This document shows positions 17,919-27,389 of a DNA stretch of 64,000 nucleotides, one piece after another. The notes under the pieces are model-generated. The model did no database searches. It was given only the letters and a program-made list of their open reading frames with translations, and was not told the DNA's origin. The stretch's first letter is position 1. Every line of letters begins with the position of its first letter. The position numbers were made by a program, and so were the translations under genes. This DNA comes from Pseudomonadota bacterium (GTDB lineage: Bacteria > Bdellovibrionota_B > Oligoflexia > Silvanigrellales > Silvanigrellaceae): contig JBDLRP010000045.1 in assembly GCA_039799905.1 (NCBI GenBank), positions 1 through 64,000 of the forward strand, in the 5' to 3' direction.

Positions 17919-19776
17919 CACCCGTGCCCAGTGACCTGCACTTGCGTTCATAGGCGGCAAGGTCTTTTTTGTCGTCTTCGCTGAGCATGCCAAGGTCAAT
18001 CAAGTCCCAGTCGTAGCCGACAAACACGACGTTCTCAAAGCCGTGAGTGTGTTGCTGTTCTTGTTCCGCGTTTGCAGCAACGATGGCGACGTTTTCGATG
18101 CGCACGCCACCCTTTCCGGCCAGATAAATTCCTGGTTCCACGCTGACGACAGCGCTTTCAGTGAACTGGTACTGCGAAACTGGAGAAATGCGGATTCCGC
18201 TCTCGTGCACGTGGATGCCGATGCCGTGACCCGTTCCGTGTGCGTAGTCGAATCCTTTGTCGCGGATCGGACCGCGGGCAAGCGTGTCGACATCCTTGCA
18301 CAAAGAATCAAGCCTGAACTTGGCACGCAGTCCGGCGAGGCAAGACTTCAGCGTGAGCGTGTAAATTTCCTTTTGCCAGTCTGCAGCTTTCTCGCTGCCG
18401 TCGGTGAAAAGGACGACCCGCGTGCAGTCGGTCGCAAAACCTTCGGCGTAGTAAGCTCCGCTGTCCAATAGCAGCAGGTCGCCACTCTTGGCTGTTTTGT
18501 TTTTGTCAGGTGTCGAATAGTGGATCACCGCGCCGTTTGCTGCAAATCCGGAGATTGTTTTGAAGCTGAGCTCCAATGCGCCTTCACTTGCGTATTCGGC
18601 TTTGATTTTTTCGGCGAGATCAGTTTCCGAAAGCCTGACGTTTTTGCGGCCACAATCCTTGGCGAAGCGCAGTGTGCGGGCAATCGCCTTGCTCGAACGC
18701 AGGAAGCTCGCGCGAATCGCGTTCAATTCCTCGGTCGTTTTGGTGGCACGGAGTTCTTCGATGACGTGAACATCGTCACGCAGATCAGCATCTTTGCAAA
18801 TTTCTTTGAGCAATTTCGGCAGCGCTGCGTTCATCGCTCTGCCGCTGAATGCGATGGTCGCCGGTGGCTTTCCGGCAACTGCACTCTGCAAAAGGTTGAG
18901 TGCATTTTCGAGAGGGCCGCGGGTGATTTCGAATTGCTTGAGCCCAGCTGGCAGCTGCAATTCACATGCTTGTGATTCCTCGGGTAGGTGAATCAGGCAC
19001 AGGTCGTTTGTGAGAAAAGTGTAGGCAAGAACAGAAGACAGCTGCGGCAGGTGATATCCGCGTGCATTGAGCAGCCATGCAGCGTCATCGCTCATGCAGG
19101 TCGCGTAAATGAAGCTTGAATGACCGAGCTTTGCTTCGATGGCAGCACGGACGCCGCGCAGATTTTTTGTTGTTGTGCGGCCGGTGATCTGTTCGTCGAG
19201 GAATCGGACCGGACGATCTGTGCGCCAACCTTTCATGTCAGGCAGGGCGGATGCCAGTCCACCTCCGGCGATGCCGACCAGTGTAAGCGCACTTTCCTGA
19301 GTCAAAACTTCAAGCGCACGCCAGCGGTTCCAACTCACACGCTGCAAATCAACGGCAATTCTGCATCCGGCCGGCAATGCCGAGCGCATCCAAGAATACA
19401 AAGACTCATCGAGGCCGCTGGCGAGGCCGAATTTGTGCACCAAAACTTCATCTTGCTTTGTCTCCTGATCGGCCTGCAGGTGATAGCGGCCGTCCACGAA
19501 CAATTGAAAACGGGCGGGTGCTGAAATTTTTTCTGCGAGCTTGCTGCTGACAAAGATTCCATCGCCCGTGGAACCCGAAAACCCTGACAGTGCATGGCGG
19601 AAGTTTGCCGACAGCGGAGTGTATTCGCTGAGGAAGGCATCTTGCGCGGTCACGAGAACGGCATCAATTTTATTTTCGTCGCACCAGCCCTCAAGAATGT
19701 TTTGCATCTGTCGCACAGACGGTGATGCAATTTCTGGCAGTGTGTGAGCGAGTGGCAGTAGTGACGGCGTGTTCAT
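17896..19776 (-). CDS. Xaa-Pro aminopeptidase (M24 family)
   Basis: SGFSGSTG, FVDGRY..QA, LDSGA.Y..G.ATDCTR, HGTGHGIG..VHE, EPG.Y..G..GVRIEN. Confidence 0.93.
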   Translation of the reverse strand: MNTPSLLPLAHTLPEIASPSVRQMQNILEGWCDENKIDAVLVTAQDAFLSEYTPLSANFRHALSGFSGSTGDGIFVSSKLAEKISAPARFQLFVDGRYHLQADQETKQDEVLVHKFGLASGLDESLYSWMRSALPAGCRIAVDLQRVSWNRWRALEVLTQESALTLVGIAGGGLASALPDMKGWRTDRPVRFLDEQITGRTTTKNLRGVRAAIEAKLGHSSFIYATCMSDDAAWLLNARGYHLPQLSSVLAYTFLTNDLCLIHLPEESQACELQLPAGLKQFEITRGPLENALNLLQSAVAGKPPATIAFSGRAMNAALPKLLKEICKDADLRDDVHVIEELRATKTTEELNAIRASFLRSSKAIARTLRFAKDCGRKNVRLSETDLAEKIKAEYASEGALELSFKTISGFAANGAVIHYSTPDKNKTAKSGDLLLLDSGAYYAEGFATDCTRVVLFTDGSEKAADWQKEIYTLTLKSCLAGLRAKFRLDSLCKDVDTLARGPIRDKGFDYAHGTGHGIGIHVHESGIRISPVSQYQFTESAVVSVEPGIYLAGKGGVRIENVAIVAANAEQEQQHTHGFENVVFVGYDWDLIDLGMLSEDDKKDLAAYERKCRSLGTGVTDCPLL

Positions 19777-19813
19777 GGAGCGGATCCTTCCCTCTCGGTT
19801 GCAAACTTCAGTC

Positions 19814-19842
19814 TTGACGCTACCGGCGAATCAATTTAGTTT
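19814..19842 (+). promoter_or_regulatory. sigma70-type promoter of the porin gene
   Basis: TTGACG-N17-TAGTTT, about 40 nt upstream of the GGAGG RBS / ATG 19884. Confidence 0.55.
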
Positions 19843-19883
19843 GTGGCCGGTTTACACATACTCTCGTGCGGAGGCACCACACA

Positions 19884-21161
19884 ATGATTTCCCATCGTAA
19901 AATTGCTCTCCTTGCTGTTATCGCTGCGCAGTCAAATGCTTTCGCAGAAGAAAAAGCTGAAAAAGAAATCCAGAAGGCCGTAGTACCATATGGACTTATT
20001 CAGGCCTATTCAAACGTCGCAGATTCGCAGTACAGCAGCGCACCCGACTTCACGATGGCAATCCTCCGTTTTGGCGTAAAAGTCAGCGAGGGAATCACCC
20101 GCGGACAATTTGAAACTGCAATCTTCGGCAACGTCGGAGAAACTGGTCCGGTGCCAGCCGCTGCTGTCGGTTTGAACGGTGTCGGAATCCGCCGCGCTGA
20201 CCTCGGACTTGCACTGTCTTCAGGCACAAACGTATCGTTGGGCCGTATCCGCATGGGCGGTTCCGATGCTTGGGGTGTCGACGCAACGGCAGCTCCCGAA
20301 CAATTCGGTTCAATTGACGGCGCGGCTGTCGTGCAAAAGTTGAACCTTGGCGAGAAAAAAGACGTGACACTGTCATTGGGTGTCGGTAACTCGATGGGCA
20401 ACCCAGGCGGTCGCGATTCGCATACCTTCGGCCGTTCATCTAAAAGTGATCGCGGCGTGATTGTCGGCACACGTTTGTCGTTCGACGGAATCGTCGCCAC
20501 TGCGTTTTACGGAATGGAAAAGAACCAAATCCAGCAGGAAGTCTCGTCTGAGCAACTTGTTCTGGGTGCGGATGGACAACCAATCAAGGACGCCAACGGC
20601 AACTCCAGCTATGTCAAACTTAAGAAGGTCATGACTGCGCGCGACGCGTCACACTTTGAAAGTTCGCTCGGTTACAACGCCGACAACTATGCAGTCGGCG
20701 GCTGGTACCAGTCGATTGTTCGTGAGGACCTGAAGCTTGCCAAGTATGTGAACAACAAGCTCACCACAGCTCCAATCACGGCAGACGACGGCAAATTCGG
20801 CGCCAAGGCATCACCCAAAGTGACCTCGACCATTGTCGGCTTGGGTTTCAACACCGACTCCTCTCTGCTTGGCGTGACTGATGTTTTGCAGAAAGGCGCG
20901 CTGCTCACCTTGGGCGGTTCAATCGCACAAATTGCCGATCGTGATGCCGTCGGCTCAAACGACGCAGAAGAAGCCAAAAAAGACCAAACTCAGTATGCTC
21001 TTGGCTTTGGTTACCAATCCGGCGGTTTCAACCTCGAATTCGGCCACGAACTGGTGACCTCCACGGGTGAGAACTTCAACGACAAGAACACCGAACAAGG
21101 TGCTGCTCCTACTAAGAAGATCTCCAACCGCACGTATATCGTCGGAATTTACTCGTTCTAA
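19884..21161 (+). CDS. Outer-membrane porin-like beta-barrel protein
   Basis: Signal peptide (..AAQSNAFA), amphipathic strands, C-terminal BAM-type signal YIVGIYSF, strong RBS. Confidence 0.75.
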   Translation: MISHRKIALLAVIAAQSNAFAEEKAEKEIQKAVVPYGLIQAYSNVADSQYSSAPDFTMAILRFGVKVSEGITRGQFETAIFGNVGETGPVPAAAVGLNGVGIRRADLGLALSSGTNVSLGRIRMGGSDAWGVDATAAPEQFGSIDGAAVVQKLNLGEKKDVTLSLGVGNSMGNPGGRDSHTFGRSSKSDRGVIVGTRLSFDGIVATAFYGMEKNQIQQEVSSEQLVLGADGQPIKDANGNSSYVKLKKVMTARDASHFESSLGYNADNYAVGGWYQSIVREDLKLAKYVNNKLTTAPITADDGKFGAKASPKVTSTIVGLGFNTDSSLLGVTDVLQKGALLTLGGSIAQIADRDAVGSNDAEEAKKDQTQYALGFGYQSGGFNLEFGHELVTSTGENFNDKNTEQGAAPTKKISNRTYIVGIYSF

Positions 21162-21162
21162 T

Positions 21163-22584
21163 ATGAAACGCAGGCTGTCGTTCTGCGTCCGTCTTCCTGT
21201 GAAGGCAGAGGTTGCTTATGCTTGGCATGAGCACACCTCTGCCTTCAATCGTTTGAGTCCGGCATGGGACCGCACCGAAATGCTTTCCACGCAGGGCATC
21301 CGCGAGGGTGGAAGAGCGGTGATTGCGTTGCCGGCTCCGTGGGGCCGTTTGCTTTGGACAGCCGAGCACTTTGATGTGAGGCACGGGCAGGAGTTTTCAG
21401 ACAGACAACTGAGCGGCCCGTTCCACTCTTGGCATCATCGCCATTCCTTTGTTGCACTCGGTGAACATGCCTGTGAATTGCACGATGATCTCGAATACGA
21501 ATTGCCCTTGTCTCCACTTTCGGATGTCGTCGCCGGCTGGTTTGCCCGCCGCCAGCTTTCGAGAATGTTTGCATATCGTCAGAGAATTTTGTGCAACGAT
21601 CTCTCCTTCTGGCAATCTCTGACTGCATTGAAGGTAAGTGCCTCGCAGACTGAGGAAGGGAATCGACCCATGCGAATTTTGCTGACAGGCAGCGGCGGAT
21701 TGATTGGCAAAGAGCTGGCGGCATTTTTGTCGATGGGCGGTCATCAGGTGATTGGCCTTTCGCGGCAGGAGCGCGACCCAAAGACGAACGTGCAATGGGA
21801 CCTCACCGAGAGCAGCCCGCGCAATGCGTCGGTGTTGTTGGATGGTCGTCCGCTCGATGCGGTGATTCACCTCGCGGGCGAGGGGATCGCCGACAGGCGT
21901 TGGTCTGCAGCGCAAAAGCAGAGGCTTGAAAAATCGCGTGTGCAAGCCACGGAGAACCTTATCGCCGGACTCGCGGCGATGAAACTCGCTCCGCGTGTGT
22001 TTATTTCTGCATCCGGAATCGGATACTACGGCGATGCCGGTGACACTGTCCTCAATGAAGCCTCACCGCGTGGTGAAGGTTTTCTTGCAGAGTTAGCCGA
22101 GCGATGGGAGCTGTCCGCACAAAAAGCCGGAGCGCAGCTTTCTGCCCGCTGCGTGCAATTGCGCATGGGCGCAGTCCTGACTGCACGCGGAGGGGCTCTG
22201 CAGAAAATGCTTTTGCCCTTTCAGCTCGGGCTCGGAGGTCGCTTGGGCGACGGCCGACAGTGGATGAGCTGGGTGGCACTCGATGATGTTCTATACGCAA
22301 TCGCGTTTGCATTACAGAATGAAAATGTCGCGGGGCCAGTGAATTTGGTGTCGCCAGAGCTGGTGACAAACGCTGAATTCAGCAAAATTCTTGGTCGGGT
22401 TCTGCAGCGTCCTGCGGTCTTGCCGGCACCTTCGTTCGCGCTCAGGCTGGCGCTGGGAGAAATGGCTCAAGACCTTCTGCTTGCGAGCCAACGTGCCATG
22501 CCACAGGCCTTGCTCGATGCTGGGTTTGCATTCCGTTTTGCTCGCCTTGAAGATGCATTGCGTCACACGCTCGGGCGTGGCTGA
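21163..22584 (+). CDS. SRPBCC domain + TIGR01777 (YfcH-like) NAD-dependent epimerase fusion
   Basis: F.DRQLSGPF.SWHHRH SRPBCC motif; TGSGGLIG, HLAGE.I...RW, G.GRQWMSW..LDD, GPVNLVSP. Start ATG 21163. Confidence 0.9.
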   Translation: MKRRLSFCVRLPVKAEVAYAWHEHTSAFNRLSPAWDRTEMLSTQGIREGGRAVIALPAPWGRLLWTAEHFDVRHGQEFSDRQLSGPFHSWHHRHSFVALGEHACELHDDLEYELPLSPLSDVVAGWFARRQLSRMFAYRQRILCNDLSFWQSLTALKVSASQTEEGNRPMRILLTGSGGLIGKELAAFLSMGGHQVIGLSRQERDPKTNVQWDLTESSPRNASVLLDGRPLDAVIHLAGEGIADRRWSAAQKQRLEKSRVQATENLIAGLAAMKLAPRVFISASGIGYYGDAGDTVLNEASPRGEGFLAELAERWELSAQKAGAQLSARCVQLRMGAVLTARGGALQKMLLPFQLGLGGRLGDGRQWMSWVALDDVLYAIAFALQNENVAGPVNLVSPELVTNAEFSKILGRVLQRPAVLPAPSFALRLALGEMAQDLLLASQRAMPQALLDAGFAFRFARLEDALRHTLGRG

Positions 22585-22618
22585 AATTCAAAACTGAGTT
22601 GCGTTGATAGCTCAACAA

Positions 22619-24274
22619 TCAAAACCACAGTTCAATTCCGCTTTGCATGGTGCTCAATGTTCGCTTGAATGAGCCGTCGAGCTGTTTTTTGAAGTCCAAG
22701 TCATATCTGCCGTATGTAAACGACGTGTAAAATTGCGGTGAGCCGAGCGGGTTCGCTGCCAGCGAATAGCGGAAAATCGGTGTGACAAGCAGCGCGTTGC
22801 TCTGGTTTTTTTGTAGTTTTTTATCTCGGAACGAATAACTGACATCCATTCCGAGATGCAGTGTCTTGGTTATATAAAGGACGGGCTGCACCCCCAAGGC
22901 TATGGTCCTTTGATTCTTGGATGTTTCACCGGAGGGAATGATCGCGCCGTCGGTCGTTACCAGATAGCGCTTTTGCTCGTTCTTAAAAAACATCTGCTCA
23001 ACCGAGAGCGCCGTGATTAATCCCCAGCCTTCCATGTTTAGAATGTTCGCATCTTCGATAAAAACGCGAACGTCATAACCTTTGTTGTCTCCGCGCAATG
23101 ATGCCTCGGTGCCATCAGGTGGACGCAGATTGACTCCCATCGTCGAGTGGCCGCTGTTGGTGGTCTCGTTGTCAAACCTCGACATGATGGCTCCGGCATA
23201 CAGCTCTTGAGAGCCACGGATGGCTTGCCGTCTACCGCCCGTGGTCGCATCTGCCTGAGTTGCGCCGTGGATGATGAGCTTGAAGATAGGAATAATGGAG
23301 TAATTGGCTTCGAGAGGAACTTCTCTGCGAAAGAGAAAGGTCGCATCCTTTGTGTCGACAAGAACTTCCTGCCGTGAAGCCGATGCGCGGCCGCGCGTTG
23401 GCCTGCCGGCAACAACAGCCTCCCGCTTTGCTTTTGCATAGCCCATCGCAAACAGTGTTCTGTCGGATTCCAGTCCGATTCCCAGCGCGCTCGTATCAAA
23501 CGGGTTGCCAGAATCAAACAGACGCAGATCTTCGAATTCGAACTGCCTCGAACCACCCCACACGCGCAGATTCGACGAAGTCGGCAGGCTTGTGTAGAGA
23601 TCGCGAATCCGCAGATTGTTAGAAATTCTGATGGACGATGATTGGTTGTTCGAGTTGATCGGATTCGTTGAGGTTTCGTGAACCGGAGCATTTTTTGAGT
23701 CGATAGAGAATGAAATTCTGACGTCGTTCGGGAATTTTTTACTGAGCTGGAGTTTTAAATAATTCGGATCGCGCGCATGCCGAGATGTTTTAAGATTAGG
23801 GGCTCCTTGAACATCGGGCGCCTCGCTGGTCAGGCGCTCAACGAAGTTATAGAACGAATTTCCACCAGTGCCGTCAACGAATTCGCGACCTGTGAAAGGT
23901 GATGCTGTGTCGAATCCGGCTCGCCAGTATCCCGAAAATTGAAATTCTTCTTCTGCCTGTGAGACTGAGTTTGAAATGACCGGTTGAGGAGGCGGCACTT
24001 GCAGCGGAGGCTGCGCTGGAGTTTCGGGTGCGGGCATCACTTGCTGCGGCGGCTGCGGAGGAGTTTCGGGTGCGGGCGGCACTTGCAGCGGAGGCTGCGC
24101 TGGAGTTTCGGGTGCGGGCAGCACTTGCTGCGGCGGCTGCGGTGGAGTTTCGGGGGCGGGATTTGCAGACGCATCAGCCGGAGTTTGCGCAATAGCTTTA
24201 CGACCGCAGAGGAACGCCGTCCATGTGCAGGCTATGAGCAGTGTTGTGCGCCGGTGAGGCCTTCTTCTTTGCAC
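22619..24274 (-). CDS. LamB/maltoporin-like carbohydrate porin with Pro-rich N-terminal repeat
   Basis: FQFSGYWRAG, LRIRDLY, WGGSR...D..LFD, GIGLE, C-terminal GIELWF. Confidence 0.7.
   Translation of the reverse strand: MQRRRPHRRTTLLIACTWTAFLCGRKAIAQTPADASANPAPETPPQPPQQVLPAPETPAQPPLQVPPAPETPPQPPQQVMPAPETPAQPPLQVPPPQPVISNSVSQAEEEFQFSGYWRAGFDTASPFTGREFVDGTGGNSFYNFVERLTSEAPDVQGAPNLKTSRHARDPNYLKLQLSKKFPNDVRISFSIDSKNAPVHETSTNPINSNNQSSSIRISNNLRIRDLYTSLPTSSNLRVWGGSRQFEFEDLRLFDSGNPFDTSALGIGLESDRTLFAMGYAKAKREAVVAGRPTRGRASASRQEVLVDTKDATFLFRREVPLEANYSIIPIFKLIIHGATQADATTGGRRQAIRGSQELYAGAIMSRFDNETTNSGHSTMGVNLRPPDGTEASLRGDNKGYDVRVFIEDANILNMEGWGLITALSVEQMFFKNEQKRYLVTTDGAIIPSGETSKNQRTIALGVQPVLYITKTLHLGMDVSYSFRDKKLQKNQSNALLVTPIFRYSLAANPLGSPQFYTSFTYGRYDLDFKKQLDGSFKRTLSTMQSGIELWF
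23991..24160 (-). repeat. Intragenic tandem repeat, 4 x 42 bp (2 x 84 bp higher order), encoding PAPETP(P/A)QP(P)(Q/L)QV
   Basis: GGAGTTTCGGGTGCGGGC recurs every 42 bp with alternating A/B variants. Confidence 0.92.
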
Positions 24275-24299
24275 TCATCAACCCTGTTTGCGAGAAGCG

Positions 24300-25793
24300 T
24301 TAGAACCAGATTTCGAAGCCAGTTTGCGTTGTCAGTAGAGTCGTCTTGAACGAACCGTCCGGTTGTCGCTTTGTTTCCGCGTCGTAGCGGCCGTAGGAGA
24401 AAGAAGTGTAAATTTGCGGCGTGCCGAGTGCGGATTTGTTCATTGCGTAGCGGAGAATCGGTGTGACGAAGATCGCATTTGCATCGGTATTTGAAAGTCG
24501 CTTTGTGCGACCTGCGTAATTGAGATCCAGCGCGGCGTGGACCTGATCGCTGATAAAGTAAACCGGTTGAATGCCGACTGAATAGCGCGTGGATTGTTTG
24601 GTGGTTGCCTCGCCGTCTCTGACAATCGTTGCGCCCGAGAGCTTCCAGAGTGGTCGTGCGCTGTTATAAATATCGTGCTCCAGCCAGATGCCGGAGAGCA
24701 TCGCCCAGCGGGAGAAATCCATATTCGCCGTGTCGGTCAGTATGAACGTGGAGTCGTAATTGTTTCCGTCGCCACGCAGTGCGGCATTGCGCGCAGCCGC
24801 ATTTTCCGAATTGATTTGCTGAGCCGACTTCTTGTAGTTTTCGTCGCCTTTGTTTTCATCCTGATCGGTTCGACCGATCAGGCCGGCCGGAGTCACACGC
24901 ATGGCCAGCACGGTGTTTCCCCAATAACCAGTACCACCGCTGCGCGCGATCACAGCACCTGCGGTTGCCTCGACAGAGCCATTGATGGCTTTTCTTTTAA
25001 TGGCGCTGACGTTGTCTGCCGGAGCGCCCGAGTGGTTGGTCATTTTGAACATCGGCCTGACGTGAAAGCTCTTCCACGGTTTGAGATCGAACCGCGCCAG
25101 CAGTGTTACGTCCTTGGTGTCGACAATCGCGTTTTGCTGCGGGTTGGGAATCGGCTGTCCGTTGGCTCCAAGGACGACTGCCGTGCGTGATGCTTTGTTG
25201 TAGCTGAGCACTGCCTCAAACTTTTGTCCTTCCACCCCGACGCCGTATGCATTGAGGTCAAACGGGTTGCCGCCGTCAAATAAGCGCAAATCTTCAAACT
25301 CAAGCATTCGTGAACCGGCCCAGAGGCGCGTGTTTTCGAGGCCCAGCGGTACGCTCAGATAGAGGTCGCGGACACGCAGATTGGCAGCGTTTTTTGCGGA
25401 TGTGTCGGCCGTTGATTCGGAGACCTCATGCGCCATGGGGCCGAAGCTGTCCAAACGGAAACGAGCTTCCACGCCATTGGAAAACCGCTGCCCCAGTTTC
25501 AGCAAAAAGTAAGTCGGATTGTGCGCATGTCGGGTGGTTTTGATTCCGGCAAGGTCTTGTGTGTCGGATGCCTCGCCTGTGAGTCCCTGAAGCGTATCAA
25601 CAAAATCTTTGAAACTTATTTTGCGGGTGACGAGGTCGCTGCCGCTGACGGCAGACGCCGTATTGTAGCCGGCACGCCAATATCCGCCGAATTCAAAGCC
25701 GTCCGATGCCTGCGCCCAAACAGGGAAGAGAACGGATGCGAACAGGCAGGGTCCGCACAGGGCATTCAATGGTCGCAAAACCAAACGGGTCAT
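24300..25793 (-). CDS. LamB/maltoporin-like carbohydrate porin (paralog)
   Basis: FEFGGYWRAG, LRVRDLY, WAGSR...FEDLRLFD.GNPFD, C-terminal GFEIWF; GGAGAG RBS before ATG 25793. Confidence 0.72.
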   Translation of the reverse strand: MTRLVLRPLNALCGPCLFASVLFPVWAQASDGFEFGGYWRAGYNTASAVSGSDLVTRKISFKDFVDTLQGLTGEASDTQDLAGIKTTRHAHNPTYFLLKLGQRFSNGVEARFRLDSFGPMAHEVSESTADTSAKNAANLRVRDLYLSVPLGLENTRLWAGSRMLEFEDLRLFDGGNPFDLNAYGVGVEGQKFEAVLSYNKASRTAVVLGANGQPIPNPQQNAIVDTKDVTLLARFDLKPWKSFHVRPMFKMTNHSGAPADNVSAIKRKAINGSVEATAGAVIARSGGTGYWGNTVLAMRVTPAGLIGRTDQDENKGDENYKKSAQQINSENAAARNAALRGDGNNYDSTFILTDTANMDFSRWAMLSGIWLEHDIYNSARPLWKLSGATIVRDGEATTKQSTRYSVGIQPVYFISDQVHAALDLNYAGRTKRLSNTDANAIFVTPILRYAMNKSALGTPQIYTSFSYGRYDAETKRQPDGSFKTTLLTTQTGFEIWF

Positions 25794-25899
25794 AGTCTCT
25801 CCGAGTGGCACAAGTCTGGGCATTTCAAGCCGTTGTTTCTTTGAGGTTAACATGCCGGAACATGGCCACAAAGCAGGTGACCCCACAAAAAATTCAGTC

Positions 25900-25927
25900 T
25901 TGACCCATGGTTTCTGACGATTATGTT
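25900..25927 (+). promoter_or_regulatory. sigma70-type promoter of nifU-mrp
   Basis: TTGACC-N16-TATGTT upstream of the GGAGG RBS. Confidence 0.45.
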
Positions 25928-25983
25928 GGTACAAGTGAGTGAGCTGCAGATTTGCGGCACTGCAAAAATCGGGTGGAGGCCCT

Positions 25984-26208
25984 ATGATCGCCAAAATTCA
26001 GGACATCATCGAAACCAAAGTGCGTCCGGCTCTGCAAGCCGACGGAGGTGACATTGAGCTCGTCGACGTCGAAGACGGCATCGTCAAAGTACGTCTGGTT
26101 GGAGCTTGCGCCCATTGCCCGTCGAGCGCGCTGACTCTGTATGAAGGAGTCGAAAAAATGCTGATGGATTTGGTTCCCGAGGTCAAAGGCATCGAGCAGG
26201 TTTGGTGA
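25984..26208 (+). CDS. nifU: NifU C-terminal (Nfu) Fe-S carrier
   Basis: VRPALQADGGDIELVDV...VRLVGACAHCPSS..TL..GVE. Confidence 0.93.
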   Translation: MIAKIQDIIETKVRPALQADGGDIELVDVEDGIVKVRLVGACAHCPSSALTLYEGVEKMLMDLVPEVKGIEQVW

Positions 26209-26213
26209 ATAAA

Positions 26214-27383
26214 ATGGAACAACTTGTAACTTCTCTGCGCGGGCTGCAGTCCGATCTCCCCGACTCCCTGCGTTCACAGCTTGGAACATTCAGTTGGAGC
26301 GAGAGGGTCAGTGCCGCCGAGCAATCCGACGGCAAAATTCTTGTTCGCTTCTTCAGCGACGGACTGACACTGCAAAGTAAAATTGCCGTGGAGAATTTTA
26401 TCCGTGCATCCATTCCGGCACTGACAAAGGGTAGCGCCCAGCTGGAAATCAACGTCTACATGGAGCGACGCGACAAAACTCAGCCAGCCGCGAGCGGTTC
26501 GACGGGCGGTACGGCAGCAGCGCGTCCGGCGGGTGCTCCGGCACATTCGCATTCCCATTCCCATTCGCACCAGCACGCTGATACGAGCAAACAGGCCGGC
26601 AGCAAGCGCGCCATTGCCGGTGTCCGCCGTGTGATTGCCGTAGCGAGCGGAAAGGGCGGCGTCGGAAAGAGCACTGTCAGTGTCAATTTGGCCATGGCCC
26701 TTCACAATCAGGGCTACAAAGTCGGAATCCTTGATGCAGATATCTATGGCCCGAGTATCCCAATGATGTTGGGGGTTCAGCAGGACCCTCAGGTCAACGA
26801 GGCAAACAAAATCGTTCCCCCTGAAAAATTCGGTCTTAAAGTCATGTCATTTGGCTTTTTTGCCCCCGAAGAAAGTGCTGTGATTTGGCGTGGTCCCATG
26901 GTCATGAAGGCCCTGCAGCAGTTCTTCTACGACGTGGATTGGGGTGAACTAGACTTTTTGGTCATCGATTTGCCGCCAGGAACGGGCGACGCACAGTTAA
27001 CTTTGGTTCAGAGTCTGCCGATAGCCGGAGCGGTGATTGTCACCACTCCGCAGAATGTGGCGCTTCTCGATGCGGTCAAGGGAATCGTCATGTTCCGCAA
27101 AACCGAGGTACCTATCTTGGGTGTCGTGGAAAACATGGCTTCGTTCCATTGCCCTGCGTGCGGCGTTGAGTCCGATATTTTCGGCCACGGCGGCGCCGAC
27201 AAAGTGTCGCAAAAGTTCGAAGTTCCGGTTTTGGGTCAGGTACCCCTGATGGGCGAATTGCGACGGGCAGGCGATGCCGGCGAGCCGCTGACATCAGTCA
27301 ACGGACATCCGGTGCGGATGCGTTTTGCGGACATCGCGGAAAAAACTGTGAAGAGGCTGGTCGAACTCGAAAAAGGAGTTTGA
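26214..27383 (+). CDS. mrp: Mrp/NBP35 (ApbC) Fe-S scaffold ATPase with His-rich linker
   Basis: VASGKGGVGKST, DADIYGPS, WRGPM, DLPPGTGD, VTTPQ, ENM...CPAC. Confidence 0.95.
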   Translation: MEQLVTSLRGLQSDLPDSLRSQLGTFSWSERVSAAEQSDGKILVRFFSDGLTLQSKIAVENFIRASIPALTKGSAQLEINVYMERRDKTQPAASGSTGGTAAARPAGAPAHSHSHSHSHQHADTSKQAGSKRAIAGVRRVIAVASGKGGVGKSTVSVNLAMALHNQGYKVGILDADIYGPSIPMMLGVQQDPQVNEANKIVPPEKFGLKVMSFGFFAPEESAVIWRGPMVMKALQQFFYDVDWGELDFLVIDLPPGTGDAQLTLVQSLPIAGAVIVTTPQNVALLDAVKGIVMFRKTEVPILGVVENMASFHCPACGVESDIFGHGGADKVSQKFEVPVLGQVPLMGELRRAGDAGEPLTSVNGHPVRMRFADIAEKTVKRLVELEKGV

Positions 27384-27389
27384 TTTAGA

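Noticed and set aside
21163..22584. SRPBCC-epimerase fusion as a novelty
   Set aside because: This architecture is already known among TIGR01777 proteins.
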